Made by a program: the position numbers and the translations under genes
The notes under the pieces: generated by a model
Seen by the model: only the letters and a program-made list of their open reading frames with translations
Told to the model about the DNA's origin: nothing
The model's database searches: none
Assembly: GCF_022045235.1 (NCBI RefSeq)
Contig: NW_027266268.1
Coordinates: forward strand, 4,278,001 to 4,342,000
Origin: Haliotis cracherodii
Lineage: Eukaryota
Reading direction: 5' to 3'
Length of the DNA stretch: 64,000 nt
Part shown: piece by piece, positions 28,301 through 41,700 of the stretch
Layout: each line of letters starts with the position of its first letter
How positions within the stretch are numbered: the first letter of the stretch is position 1

Positions 28301-31300
28301 TTTCAATCTTTGACAGACTTTAAAATGACAAAGACTCATCATCTACTTCTTTGATGCCAGTGAGTCATCAACATTCCCCTGTTATAAAGAAAGTATCCAT
28401 TATCAGCAGCATCTAAATGTCGACTTTGAATTGTTTAATCAGTCCAAAGTCTTCGTAAAGTGACAACATCTTGCTTAAAAATGTTAAGGAAGCGGGGTAT
28501 GTGGCAGGCTCTGATCAACACTCTTGCAGCACGTAATCAAGGTTCAGTCCGACCTGGCTCCTGTCTGCGGGGCCACACCTACCTTCACAATGTCTTTCAG
28601 CATTAACTGCATCATATTTTCTCCAATAAACCCTGGGCCTTATTCAATTCTAAGTCTGAGTTATCTTTTATTGAAATTTGGGTCAGGCCTTTAAAAATGG
28701 TCAGTCAATTATACCCTGTTCAAATATTATAGTGTAACAAGACTAATTTATGCTTTATAGTGTTAACCAATCTTCATTATTGAACTGCCTGTTGTCATGA
28801 ATTTCCATGAGTTCATGTAAAACTCTAAATAATGGTAGATTTGTGCTGTAGTTGAAACAAATAGCACATGAGTATTAATCGGTGAAAATATGGCACATCT
28901 TTTCTAATTATTGTATATGCAACAAGTATGGGATTCCTCTTGGTAGAAATGATTCATCATTCAAAACACCAGAGTGCTAACCATGGTTACCGAGTCAAAT
29001 AAAGTGATGTGAGTTTAGTTTAAGCCACTGATACAAATTTCAGTTATATCACTTGTCTCTGCTTGATGTGAGAAGAAAGCCTGAAGTGATGAATGTCAGA
29101 CATTTACCTATTGGAGAACACATGAGTATGTTATGGTGCTAATTAACCTAAAAACATTATCAGGGTGATACTAGAATTCAAACTCATGATCATCATGATC
29201 ATAGGTTTCTGGCACACCTAAGGAACACAACTCTGCGCAGCAAATTATGGTGCCTTAGAAAAAAAGGCCATGCAAGACCCAATCAAATAAATAGTTAAAT
29301 AGAAATATAATTAACAAAGTGCATTGTTCAGGTTAGTATGTTCATAAAATGACAGTAAAGAACTAAACTTGAACAAACAAAAAAACAGTGTGTCATCAAC
29401 ATGGTCATTGTACCCAGACTATTCATGCTATTGGGAATGGTACTCTTGTATTCAAAATGTCTGTCCCAGAGTCGTTCACTTACTCATAACCTCTTTGGCC
29501 TATAACTCCATAGTTAAACTATAAACCATATCATTTCACCACATAACATAGCCATATGCAGAATTAAAAAAAAAAATTCCCAAAAGCACTCTTGAAATGC
29601 ACATTGCATACTGGGGTCAACTTCATGTATTTATAACCACTGTTCGTCTACAGACAGTCATGGATGTTGTCAGGCCTGCAGAATACAGTGGTACGCCTGG
29701 ACACTTGAGCCCCTTGACCACTGACCCAGCAAATCAGATGGCGACACCAGCTCAGTAAAATGAGCATTCTTTTCAAATGAGGGGAACAAAGCACAGTTTA
29801 CATTTCCTGCAGTCAAGTGTAAAAGGACAGACCTATACTAATACAACCGAAACAAATATTTGAGCAATCCTGATATTTGTAGTTACCCAATGATCACTAA
29901 TTCATGTTGAATACCCATGCCCATGCAACCATCAACATACTGATTAGCTACACAGTCTGTTTTGACAATCATGAGAGACTGTAGACAGTGTACAGGGGTA
30001 TATTTGTATTTCGAGCCATGAGGTATGTCTTCATGTAGGGTTGTAAGTAGCCATCACCAATAATAATTTTGTGACCTTAGCGACTTGTCAAAATTATCTT
30101 GCTCTTTCTTATATATATAATACCAGTATGAAGACTATGACTACAGCTCAGGACGAGTGTCTAAAGTCACAAACTGAAGATTCATGTCCATATATTCATC
30201 ATGCAAACCACCCTGCTTTAGACAACAAAAATGCTTTTAGAAAGAGAAACAAAGTCAAAGTCCTGAATGTTTGCTTACATGGCATAGACCACTGAGTCAT
30301 CCCTTGAGAGTGATCAATGTGTAATTATATGTAAATATAGCAAGCAAGCATGACTTCTGTGCTAGTTGTCAGTGTAAACATGGGAAAGTGGTCAAACAGC
30401 TGTACAGACAGTATCTCTTCTTCCTTGTAGTGACAGCATGTAGACATCTTAATGGCCAAACCCTGGGGCAGTTTTAACAGAGATATTGACAAGGTATTGT
30501 ACCACACAAAAGCAGGCTTGATTCCTTGACCTACTGGTCCAGATAGACAACATAAACATCCACAGACACCTTCCTGCACTTACTGACAGGGCACCTGAGA
30601 CAAATACTGACAGGTTACAGTGTAATGGGTTACAATGCAAACAATAGTTTTAAGAGTTTTAGTGTCTCAATTTCAGCCTATATACCACATGGGGGGTAGT
30701 GGAGTGATTGTTGTTTTACGCCCAAGTCAGCAACATTACAGCTATATCACAGCTGCAGTTACTGACTTAATCCACTAGTCTGAAGTTCAATTCTGTGTAA
30801 AATTCTGTTCAGTGTTCAGCTAATAGTCCACATCACTAAAATCTACTGATGATGACGCCAACTTCAACTTCAAAAAGAGCTGAGTTTAGGCAAGTAGACT
30901 CAGCAGAGACTGCAACTGCCTGTTAACACTAATGTCTTGGCCAGGGAAACCAATGGTTGGCAGCCTCAGCAAATATCCCCTGTTGGGATATGGTAACACA
31001 CAATCAGCCAGGTGCCCACCTGATACTGACTTAGTCACCTCTTATGACAAGCTTGGGATGTTGGTGACAAGAGAATCCATGTGAGTCATACCACATGGCA
31101 TCAAATGCGTACTCATGTACTCATGTATCTATGCTACTCCTAGACTAACATTTAGTCTCTGAAATCTTATATTACACAATATCCTTCTTGACTCTAAAAA
31201 AAATTAAAAAATTCCCTATTCTGATTTCAGAATAGAGTGAAATAGGGCTAGCTTGAGCTGGCTAGACTTGCTTTGAATGCATTTCTAGATTATGTTTTTT

Positions 31301-32749
31301 TCATGAAATAAATATATTCCACGGTCATGGTGCAGGACTATGCTACTCCCAGTGTTCCAAATTAAGCATGAAAGCCGAGAGGTCCTTGTCACAAGCGTAA
31401 TGTTAAAATGTAGAGATTTAGGGGGTCTCTAGATTCAAATACCACAGTAGAAGACCTGAAGTATTCCAGGACACCCCATTCATTTCGACACTGTACTCCC
31501 CTATTGCTAACAATTATCATGTTAGAGCCCTTTTGGAAATAATAACAACAACAATAATAAAAGTAAAAAAATAATCAATTCATATGGCGCTGTACTCCAT
31601 GCATAAGCATGCTCTAAGCGCTTAGACATTTATTACCCTGGTCAATGGATCAGTGTGCACTCAACAATCATTCTCAGCTCCCTGGGAGTATACAACCCAA
31701 GCATCATTTCCTGATAGTTTTTTTGTCCATAAACAAAGGAATCTTTACACTATGTCTGAGTCACATCATCTACATGACAGAATACTTAATTGATAAATGT
31801 GCATTGCCTTCCAAAAGTGGCAGGAGATTATTGGGTCATTTGCGTCAGCTCTGCAAGAACATATCTAGTGCAGAAAGAAATTATATACTGCATATTGCCA
31901 ATCACTTACTTTTTCATTTTCTTGGAACTATATCGGACTTGATATGCTGTTTTGAGAAGGAGCTCAGTGTCATTTTCATATTTTGCGCGAACATCTTTTT
32001 GAAAGTACTGGAAAGAAAAATATAATCACATCATTCACTACATTGTAGCATGTAGAAACCAATGCCACTGTCAACCTGATACGGACAATAGTTCAGTGAC
32101 AACTTCATTGATATACTCTCAATAATAAGCTACTTCTCTCCCTACTCACGGACAGGAAATAGCCAGCTTCCTGTTGCCTGTAGAGTTGATCAGGGAAATA
32201 TTGAGCACTCTTCAACATCACTGTGACTTATATCGATGATATTCCACAGGCACAGTGTGATAAGTTTAATGCTGCTTGGAACAGCATTTCACATGTTATG
32301 TCAGCTTATTGTAGATGGGAAGCGTTGTTGTTGTTTGTTGGTTTGTTGTTTAACGCTGTGCTCAGCAATAATCCAGCTCTATAACAGTGGTCTGTAAATA
32401 ATCATGTCTGGACCAGACAATCCAGTGATTGACATCATGAGCATCGATCTACGCAGTTGGGAAACGATGACATGCATCAACCAAATCATTGAGCTTGACC
32501 ACCCAATCCCGTTTGTCGCCTCTTACGACAAACTTAGTCGCCTTTTACGGTAAGCATGGGTTGAAAAGCTTTAAGTGACACAGGTCAAAGATGTTAACTA
32601 CTATGGTGAAACAGGGATGGAGCTGAAAAAGCAGTGATCATAATCATAGAGATTTAAGAACTCAAGCCAATGATCACTGGATCCTGGCATATCTAAGGGG
32701 TGTCACTCTGCAAACTGTGACTCCTCAGACCACACCATGCCACCTAAGA

Positions 32750-32780
<31 letters not shown>

Positions 32781-35700
32781 ATGAATAGCAGTAAGATTAC
32801 CTTAAGCATGCCCTCCATGTCGAGAGACATCAGGTCCTCGTGACTAGTCTGTAGAATGGCCATCCCCACTCGGAATATCATCTCCATCCCCTGCACACAG
32901 AAGGCAAATGAGTTCAGTCCATAATGTGGGCTTTCCAGATTAATGGGGCTTTCAGTGAATATACATCAGTTTCCACCCACATAATCAATGTTTGAAATTA
33001 AGCAGGAAAGTCCAGGTGCCCTTGTTATAACCCTAATGTTCAAAGTTAAGATTTAGGGGTTCCTTAGATTTAAACACCATAGAAGACCTCAAGGACACCA
33101 GCACCCACTGCATAAAGTGTGTAATCAGTAATTTAATCAAAATTGTAAAAGAGTACATTCATAGTAAACCATACACTTGTCGTAACCCTTCACAATCACT
33201 ATCTCTTTGATGCAAAAGACAAGTTTAGAAAACATAAACATTTTAAACCAAAGGAGGTAATTCACAGGAACCACTAGACATAAGTAAATATGGTTTCATT
33301 GTGCATTCATCTTCCCTTGCTTCTATCTAAATCAAACTTGAAAAAAATATCAGGAAAGAATAGATCCTAGATGCTTTTAGCACTGCATATGAAATGACAT
33401 TTCCCATGAGGTGCAATGGATTTGGATTATACTACATCTTTCCGTTTTGGCAGAAATGATTCTCATTTAGGACAATGGACTTTAGGACAATGGATGCATG
33501 TATTAGCTGACTCTTATTCAGTGATGTAAGAATTTTCAGTTTTCCCCCCCAAGAAAACAAAAAAACAAAAACAATTATCTCCCAGAGATGCCAAGCCAAA
33601 TTTGAGACAAATAGGAGAATCTTAGATACTTTGGATACCCTTGATCAACAAAAAAAAATAGTTGTCATCATTGGCATGATTGACTGAATTCCTCAAAAAT
33701 ACATCATCTTCAACACTACATAAACCAAATTCCTAAAACTATGTAAACATGACAAGATAAATATATATGTCAATACCTTGTATAATTTACATACATCACA
33801 CACTAGAATGAACATAATCAGTTTTGACAAATGTTTCATAGAACTAGATTACACATAGTCATATCAACAAGCTGTTCATGGTTTTTTTAAATCATGCTTT
33901 TTACATTCGTTACAACCACTGTGATAGTGAAATCAGTGTCTAATATAAATCACTGGTGCAACGTTTCGCCAAAATTATCAGTATATTTCCTTTGACCTTA
34001 TTGGCTGAAATATTGTGCAGATATCGTAATGATTCCATCAAAATGTCAATGATCTGCATCTCTGGTTGCTGTGTACTGGTGTGTGAGCCAAGAGCTACTT
34101 CACCAAGTGGGCTGATGTTTTGTGCTCACCTCTGATATGAATATATCCATGATACGGCAGGCAAGAGACAGTGGAAGTGACGTGGTAAAGAGCGTCAGGA
34201 ACCACGAGGATGCGTACATGGAGGTGTGGAAGTTCTGAGTCTGAAAGTGCAGGTACAAGTCCGGCAGGAGTTCCTGGAACAATGTATAATCACAAGTCAG
34301 CAAACAACACGCATGTTGAAATTTGCAGCACACTTAACAGTTGCCACTGATCATCTGCAACTGCAGAAATTGTTTATATACAGACTGGATATATAGTAAT
34401 ATAACTTTATCTCTGGGACTAGATGTTTGTCTGTAAGCCATACAGCAGCATGCAGTGTGTGACTGACCTGGATGAGGCACTCCAGCTTGTACATGCACAG
34501 CCCCAGTTCCGCCATGCTGGGCTTGAACATCTCCCTCATGCGGAACTCCTGCATCAGGCGGACTAGGACAGCAAATGCTTCCTCCTCTGGCATCTGGGGA
34601 CACAAACATAGTTTCAGAACACCATATGTGAAAGTGGACAGCAGCATGTGTATTTGTTGGCTTAGCTGATTTGGGCAGGGGAATATGGGCCTTTCATGAA
34701 CATTACAGTGTTTGACACTGACCAGAATTTGCCAGTGGTCCAAAGGACCAGCACATGGAAAAATCTACTGCTCCTATTGAATCTCTACTGGCCACAATGG
34801 TGATGACCAAAAAAGGTCTTAAATTGCAGATACTTTATCATGTTCATACAAGAAGTGAGTGTGCACAAATAGAATGAGAAACCTTTATACCACACAGGGT
34901 TGTTTGGTATAAACAAGTCTGTTTAGGTTGTAGGTTTTGCTTAAGAGCTTAGAGTCAGTCTGTCACCAATTTCAAAAGTCATGTAAACTTATTTAAACTT
35001 CCTTTGTTTCGTCCCCAAAATAACACTAAATCACCAGACCATGCTGACCAGCATCTATTTAATTTTACTGGTCCTTTTGGAAATATACCATACTAGACAT
35101 GGAACAGCAAACCTGTGTTGATATCAAACACTGCATTATGGTCATGAATATCAAATGCATGTAACATTCAATACTGGGCTATTGCAACATTCAATAACTT
35201 CATACAAATATTTCCTGTCCACTGTATTTGCCCCCTTTATCCTTAGGTTGAATTCTGTTGCATTTTAACTTGCAAAACACAATAAAAGCCACAAAAGGCA
35301 TCCTTATTACATTATCTACAGAATGAAGTGCAGGTCTGTTAAGAAGGAAGGCATCTATTCACATTTCTATAACACAACATTTCACACTGACATAATGATT
35401 AACGCATGACCATTTGAAACCCCTGATTGTAGAACAGACAGACTCGCAAGCAAGAGTTTAAAATAACTAATCATTCAATGATACAGAGCATTCTTATACC
35501 TTTTGGCAAAATACAGGGTAGGCCCTTCCATAAACAGACATAAACGTTTTTGAATAACTTGAGTTTTGGGTTGAAGATGAAGATATCAGCTTACAGGACT
35601 GCATAGCATTGAGAATTGAGACATTAACCATTGCGATGAACAGAGCTGAGTAATGCTGTAGACTTGTCAGTACACCAAATGACAGCTGCTGCTAGTAACA

Positions 35701-38700
35701 TGAGTATAGCAGGGCAAGTTTACTCAACACCTGGTGCCTGATTCCAGCTATACATCATGGTGGTCAGTAAATAGTCAAGTGAAGACCAGACAAACCAGAA
35801 ACTGATATTATGAGCACCACCCTATGCCATCAGGGCACAATGACACTCAAATTACCTGGCCTCACCCACCAATCCACAACCAACCCACTTTGGTATTCCA
35901 ACCAAGAATGTCACTGCAATGAATCTTTATATTAAACACATACTTTGTGTGAGAGAGACAGGAGCTTGAATACCACTATAGCATCAATGCTTAAATTTAC
36001 CTGCATAAGTAGAAGTCCCACGATGAAGCCGCTGCCCTGACAGTACCCAACCTCCCGGTCGTGGAGAGAGTACGCCTGCAACACAAAACTAGGATCAGAG
36101 GAAGCAGGACTACCAGCAACAGTGCAGTCAACTAAAGCCAAGTACACCAATGCCATCAAGCATCAACAGTGCAGTCAACTAAAGCCAGGTACACCAATGC
36201 CATCAAGCATCAACAGTGCAGTCAACTAATGCCATGTACACCAATGCCATCAAGCATCAACAGTCCAGTCAACTAAAGCCAGGTACACCAATGCCATCAA
36301 GCATCAACAGTGCAGTCAACTAAAGCCATGTACACCAATGCCATCAAGCAACAATAGTGCAGCAATTGATACCATGAGCAACATCCCACTGGCAGGGGTA
36401 TGATGGCATGTTAATGCAACTGATCCATCTCGTCACCTAATACGACAAGAATAGGGGACCTATTCTAGCCCGGAACCCCCACAGAGTGTGAGTGATTTAG
36501 CATCCAGCAAATTATTTGACATCAGTCAAATGAATATAAGAATACATACAGGTAAATTAATGACAACTGAGAAAATTCTCTAAGATTCATGAGCCAATGA
36601 ATCATGACCTTATTCATGTGTTGTATTTTATCATTGAGGTAACAATACTATAGTCCTATCAATCATAGCATCAACATTTAATGAATCATTACAGTTTTAG
36701 TTTGTCATAGAAATAGTTCACAGAAATTTACTACCAGTCATTATACTGTCATGCACATAACAAATATGTCCATCTTCTCACCTTCATGACATTGAAAAGA
36801 CTTTCTTGTCCTAATCCATCCTTCTCCTTGAAGAAATCGTGATCAGGGAAAGTCCTTGCAATATCTCGGCGAATAAGCTTCTCACACGGTGAGGTTTTCT
36901 TGAGATATTCTGCGTACAGCTGTTTGAACTGAGAGTCGTTCACACCCAGTAACAGCTGCCAGGCTAGACCACGGAAATGGTGAGGAATCCCTTTCCGAAC
37001 CAATTCCTGAGAAAGAAGAAACAAGTTCGTGAATGAAGTATGGTCTGTAAATCATTGAATCTGGACCAGATAAACCAACAGTTGAAATCTGGAGCTACAA
37101 TGCTTTACTTCATTTCCATGAATTTTACTGATATCATCTTGTTGCACATAATCAGAAGCCTGAAGCCTATTGTAGATGGGGATTTCAAAGTCAGATTGCA
37201 GAAATCAACCACCGACACACTGAACATTGAGTTCTGGTGATTAGAATATGTCAGTTATATGTAACATGTAATCTACAATTAATATAAATTGTAATGATTA
37301 AAACTGCCATACTTTTTGTGTTCCCCAGGACTTTCAATATAAATTATAGGCATCCATTCTCAGCTTGTATACATATATATTGTAATATTTTGTATCTGGT
37401 ACAACTCTTCAAGTCACACATTGTAACAACTTGATTTCCACATATCGGTAATCAGTTCTTCAAAAAAGCAGGATCAAGTCTGCCTCCATGAGGGAAAGTG
37501 GGAATAAATCATTACTTCCATGTTTACAGATACCTAAATGGTCGTGTGAAGTATCTTAAGAGTTATCTCCCCTTAGATCACTAGCCTATCAATACAACAC
37601 AATCTCATTAAAATCAGACCTTATAATCTGATACAATACCTCCCTGTATTAACATCTTGGGACACCTGCATAGACGGTTGCATCAGGTGAATCCTGAACG
37701 ATCTTTGACCACCAAATCTAAATGAAGCCTGCATGGGTTCTTGAGCCAAATAACCATCAGCTTTCAAAAACGACTCAGAATTATATTTTCCACCTCCAAT
37801 GTTCCACAGAAAACCACAGAGAACACAAATATTACTTTGATGGTACTTGCATTTGGGTGTACATATCCACAACAATATAATGAGGCTGTTATACTATCTT
37901 CTTTTAGAATTTGCCGTTTGAGTTCGTTTGTGAGATACAGAAATGCAGCTTTGCTGGTTTGAACACTCGTACTGAGAATTTAGATGCCTTTAGATGATAT
38001 ATTGATATATTGTGATACTTTTGAGTCAATATATATTCCTACTAAAATTTCCAATCAATGCCATCCCCAGCAGAGATATGATTGAACATCAATGTGATTA
38101 TGTGATTGCTATACAAGTAATACATTATGAAGATCATGACACAAATCCTATGACAAGATAAACCAAATCTTAATATTTGAGTATTCACGAACAACTAAAG
38201 CATATTACTAGATGCAAGATTTTTCTTACGAGATTTTCCCAGGAGTTAATACATGTTTCAAGAGGAACCCTATAATTCAAGGCTTCTTCAAGCCTGTATG
38301 AATCCTGTCACCACAGGAAAGGACGGCCCTGAAAGTGTTCCTACCTTGATGTAGCCTGTTTTCTTCTTGATACTGTCCCACTCGTTGACGAGACGCCCCC
38401 ATGTCTCCCATAAGTTTTCAGATGGATTGGCAGCTGAAATACAATAAATGAAATAGAACTCTAGCTGCATAATATATGGTCACAGCCTGTTCAATATGAA
38501 CCCTGATACCCAAGTTTACTGTTAATATTTGGTTATATTGATAACCCAAAAATATGCTTTTGATAATGATGGACCACATGTTTCAAATCTTACTGAGCAA
38601 ACATAATCTAATGAGGGCTATGAAACATCCGTGTTGTACTTTTCTCTTTGTCAATAAGTAAAAGAGTATGCGCTTTCTTAAACCTTTTTCAGCTATATTC

Positions 38701-41700
38701 TAGCCATATTGTGTTGAGGATATCATGAATGTGCTTCAATCATGCAGGAAATCAAACCCATGTTTTTGACAAAATGAGCCAAAGCTTTATCCGCTATCCC
38801 ATCCATCTCATCTCAAATACAACAATGGCTAGGCACACAATACCCTGATGTCTGTACTTCCAGCCATTACAATGCAAAAGCAGTTACATTTATGTTTTCA
38901 CACTAAGTGACCAAATAATAACTCATCCAAGTCGATAGCTGAAATCCAGTTCACTCCCTTGTGAACATAAATTCATGAAAATGCTGGAAAATACATTTAT
39001 AAGCAAGCTGTCAGCTCAAGATCCCGGAAACATGCTCCATGACAGACAGCACCATTACAGGCAGGGAGGTGAGGGAAAGTAAAGACCGGTCATAATGACT
39101 CGAGAAGGGTCAAAACACCACTATGGTCAACAGTTGACATCAGAGGCCACGGAAAGAATCAGGACAGGACAATCAAGTGATTGATATTATGAACAACATT
39201 CCACACAATGACTCGCCATCAACCAAGCCCCCTGACTCTGACCACACAATCCATTAAGTCACTTGTACGGCCAGCATAGATTGCTAAGGACCTATTCTGG
39301 AATTCTCACGGGGTACCTGAGATAAATACTGAATGTCTGAACCTTTATTTTTCTCAATGGGGTTCATTTGAGGGGAGAAATCTTAAGCTTAAGATCACAT
39401 TGATATTTCATTAGTGAATGGCAAAGACTTCTCAAAGGACAAATGCAATCCTAGACTAACATATTCAGTCCCTGAAAAAAAGTTATGTATAAAATTAAAC
39501 AAAATCATTCTACAAGTACTACAGCATCCTTTAAGTCTCATAATTTCAGGTGAAAGGGGGATGAGAGTAGAATGGGGAGCAAATATTTTATTATAGAAAC
39601 GGAGTATGGATTGTGTATGTGACAAATCCAGTCCAAACAGTCTTCTGACTAATTTATCAAGTGAGGTTTATCATGTTTACCTATTCCACATAAGCATACA
39701 GAGACTGATTCAGACAAATAGCCTTTAATAATCTGCTGATGTTCAACATAGTAAAATAGACCAATAACCTTTGGAAGCTAAAGTTTCAGGGATCACATTA
39801 CAGTGGGTGAAGGGACACCATCGGTTGTGTTATCTGGTGCTTAATATGAGAGTTGGAAAACATTTCAAATCCATATCCCAACACTGGACTGTCAACAAGT
39901 GCCAAGACACAAGACAACTGTTTTGTCTTTAATCCATATAGCAATATTTTAAACTGGCAATTTCCAAACCAGGGATGCACCACATTACACAAGGCTGCCC
40001 ATATCATTCATATGTATATGAAGAATCACTACATCCTGTGGCAATATTTACCTACTATCACAGTCTGTGACTTTAAAGTCAGAATTCTTTGGTCTTGTAA
40101 GCTAGTAAGCTCAGATAATCATGTTAAAGATAGTATGTTCAATCCGTAGGTTCAATCCAGATTATAAATGTCTGAGGAATGACTCTAGACAGACTGACTG
40201 TAACAGTCTACCTGTACCTCTGTCATTATGCTGAACAAAGCTGATGAATATTGAGGATGAATAATACGAATGAATGAACAATGCTACAATGCTGATGAAC
40301 AATGTGGATGAACAATGCAATGCTGATGTGGGTGAATATATGATCTACATATACTTAAGATGGTGAATATGGTTTAACACTGCTTTTAGCAGTATTCCAG
40401 CAATAATGGCTTTACACATTGTACCTATGTGTAAATTCCAACCAGCGTGGCGAGCAATGCTTTAACCACAAGGCCACCCTATAGCCCCGATGACATCATA
40501 GACAGTATGAAAGAAATAAAACCATTGTAGAAGTGCCTACCAAAAGTAAATGTACACAAGCACTTATTGACCATGATGAACATAATAAACACATTTCAGG
40601 TGCAGAAAGTAGTTATTGCCATCTTTTGGGGCTATCAATCAGAACAGACCTCAAATTACAGCAAGGCTGCCAAACGTGTCAACATAACAACATTAGTAGC
40701 AATGATCACCATCAGCTACTGGGTGGTTGTAAAGCATCTTCCTGACTATAAAAGTCCAGTTTCTACCCTTGCCAGACCAGGCAGGAATTTCTGGGCTCGA
40801 TCATAGCGCCACCAGTGACTATTATGAGTTATGCCCCTTCTGTCTCCCTTCTATTGACTAATCAGATTCCATCTCTCATATTATTCACATTTGCTTCAAA
40901 CAAAATGGCGGCGCCTAGCTGAAACGATCTGATCGATAATCAAGATCTATATTGTAATAAAACGGGTCTTTCCCCCGTGAAGTGCATCTGATCACTTGAG
41001 CACCTTGATTACAACATGAATAGATTTGCAAAATATCTGTCGATGCCCAGTTGACGGTATGCATGCTTTGCAAATCATGTAATCGACCGAAACCTGTACG
41101 TTGAAATCCATGTAGTTTATGAACCGGATGTCTAGTTTGATACGCGATTTTGACTGATCTATGCATGACCCGTTAATCAAGCTAAAATGTAGCTCCGGAA
41201 TCCTAGCCTAGTTCGGCAAGGGTGGAAACTTGACTTTTTTTGGTCAGTTAACGCCCTTGCCTCAAGAGGATGGTTGTAAAGTAACCTGATTGTTAATAAA
41301 CAAAACTGCAATTAAACATTTTCCAACCCCAAAGATTATGTCCTCTCAAAAATCCATGTGTTAGTGTTATGACTACACAGAAAACTTCATTCCCCTCTAT
41401 TGTTTGCCTACATATCTTTCAGTTTAGTCCACAGTTTAGTTCATGTGGCATTCATTCAGCTGACACAAAACCAGAGACACATATCTTCCATATCAAATTT
41501 ACACAGCCTCGGTTGAAACGAAGCAGTAAGGACCTAATCATTATCCTGATGTTAAAACTTAGAAGACTTAGGTCATCTAGATTCATTACCATAGGTAAGA
41601 AACAAGATCCCAAGGACCCATCCCCCACTGCACGCACGCATACACGCACGCGCAATCCCCGTACATAGTCAAAATATTGTGGATGAATGTTTTACACTAC

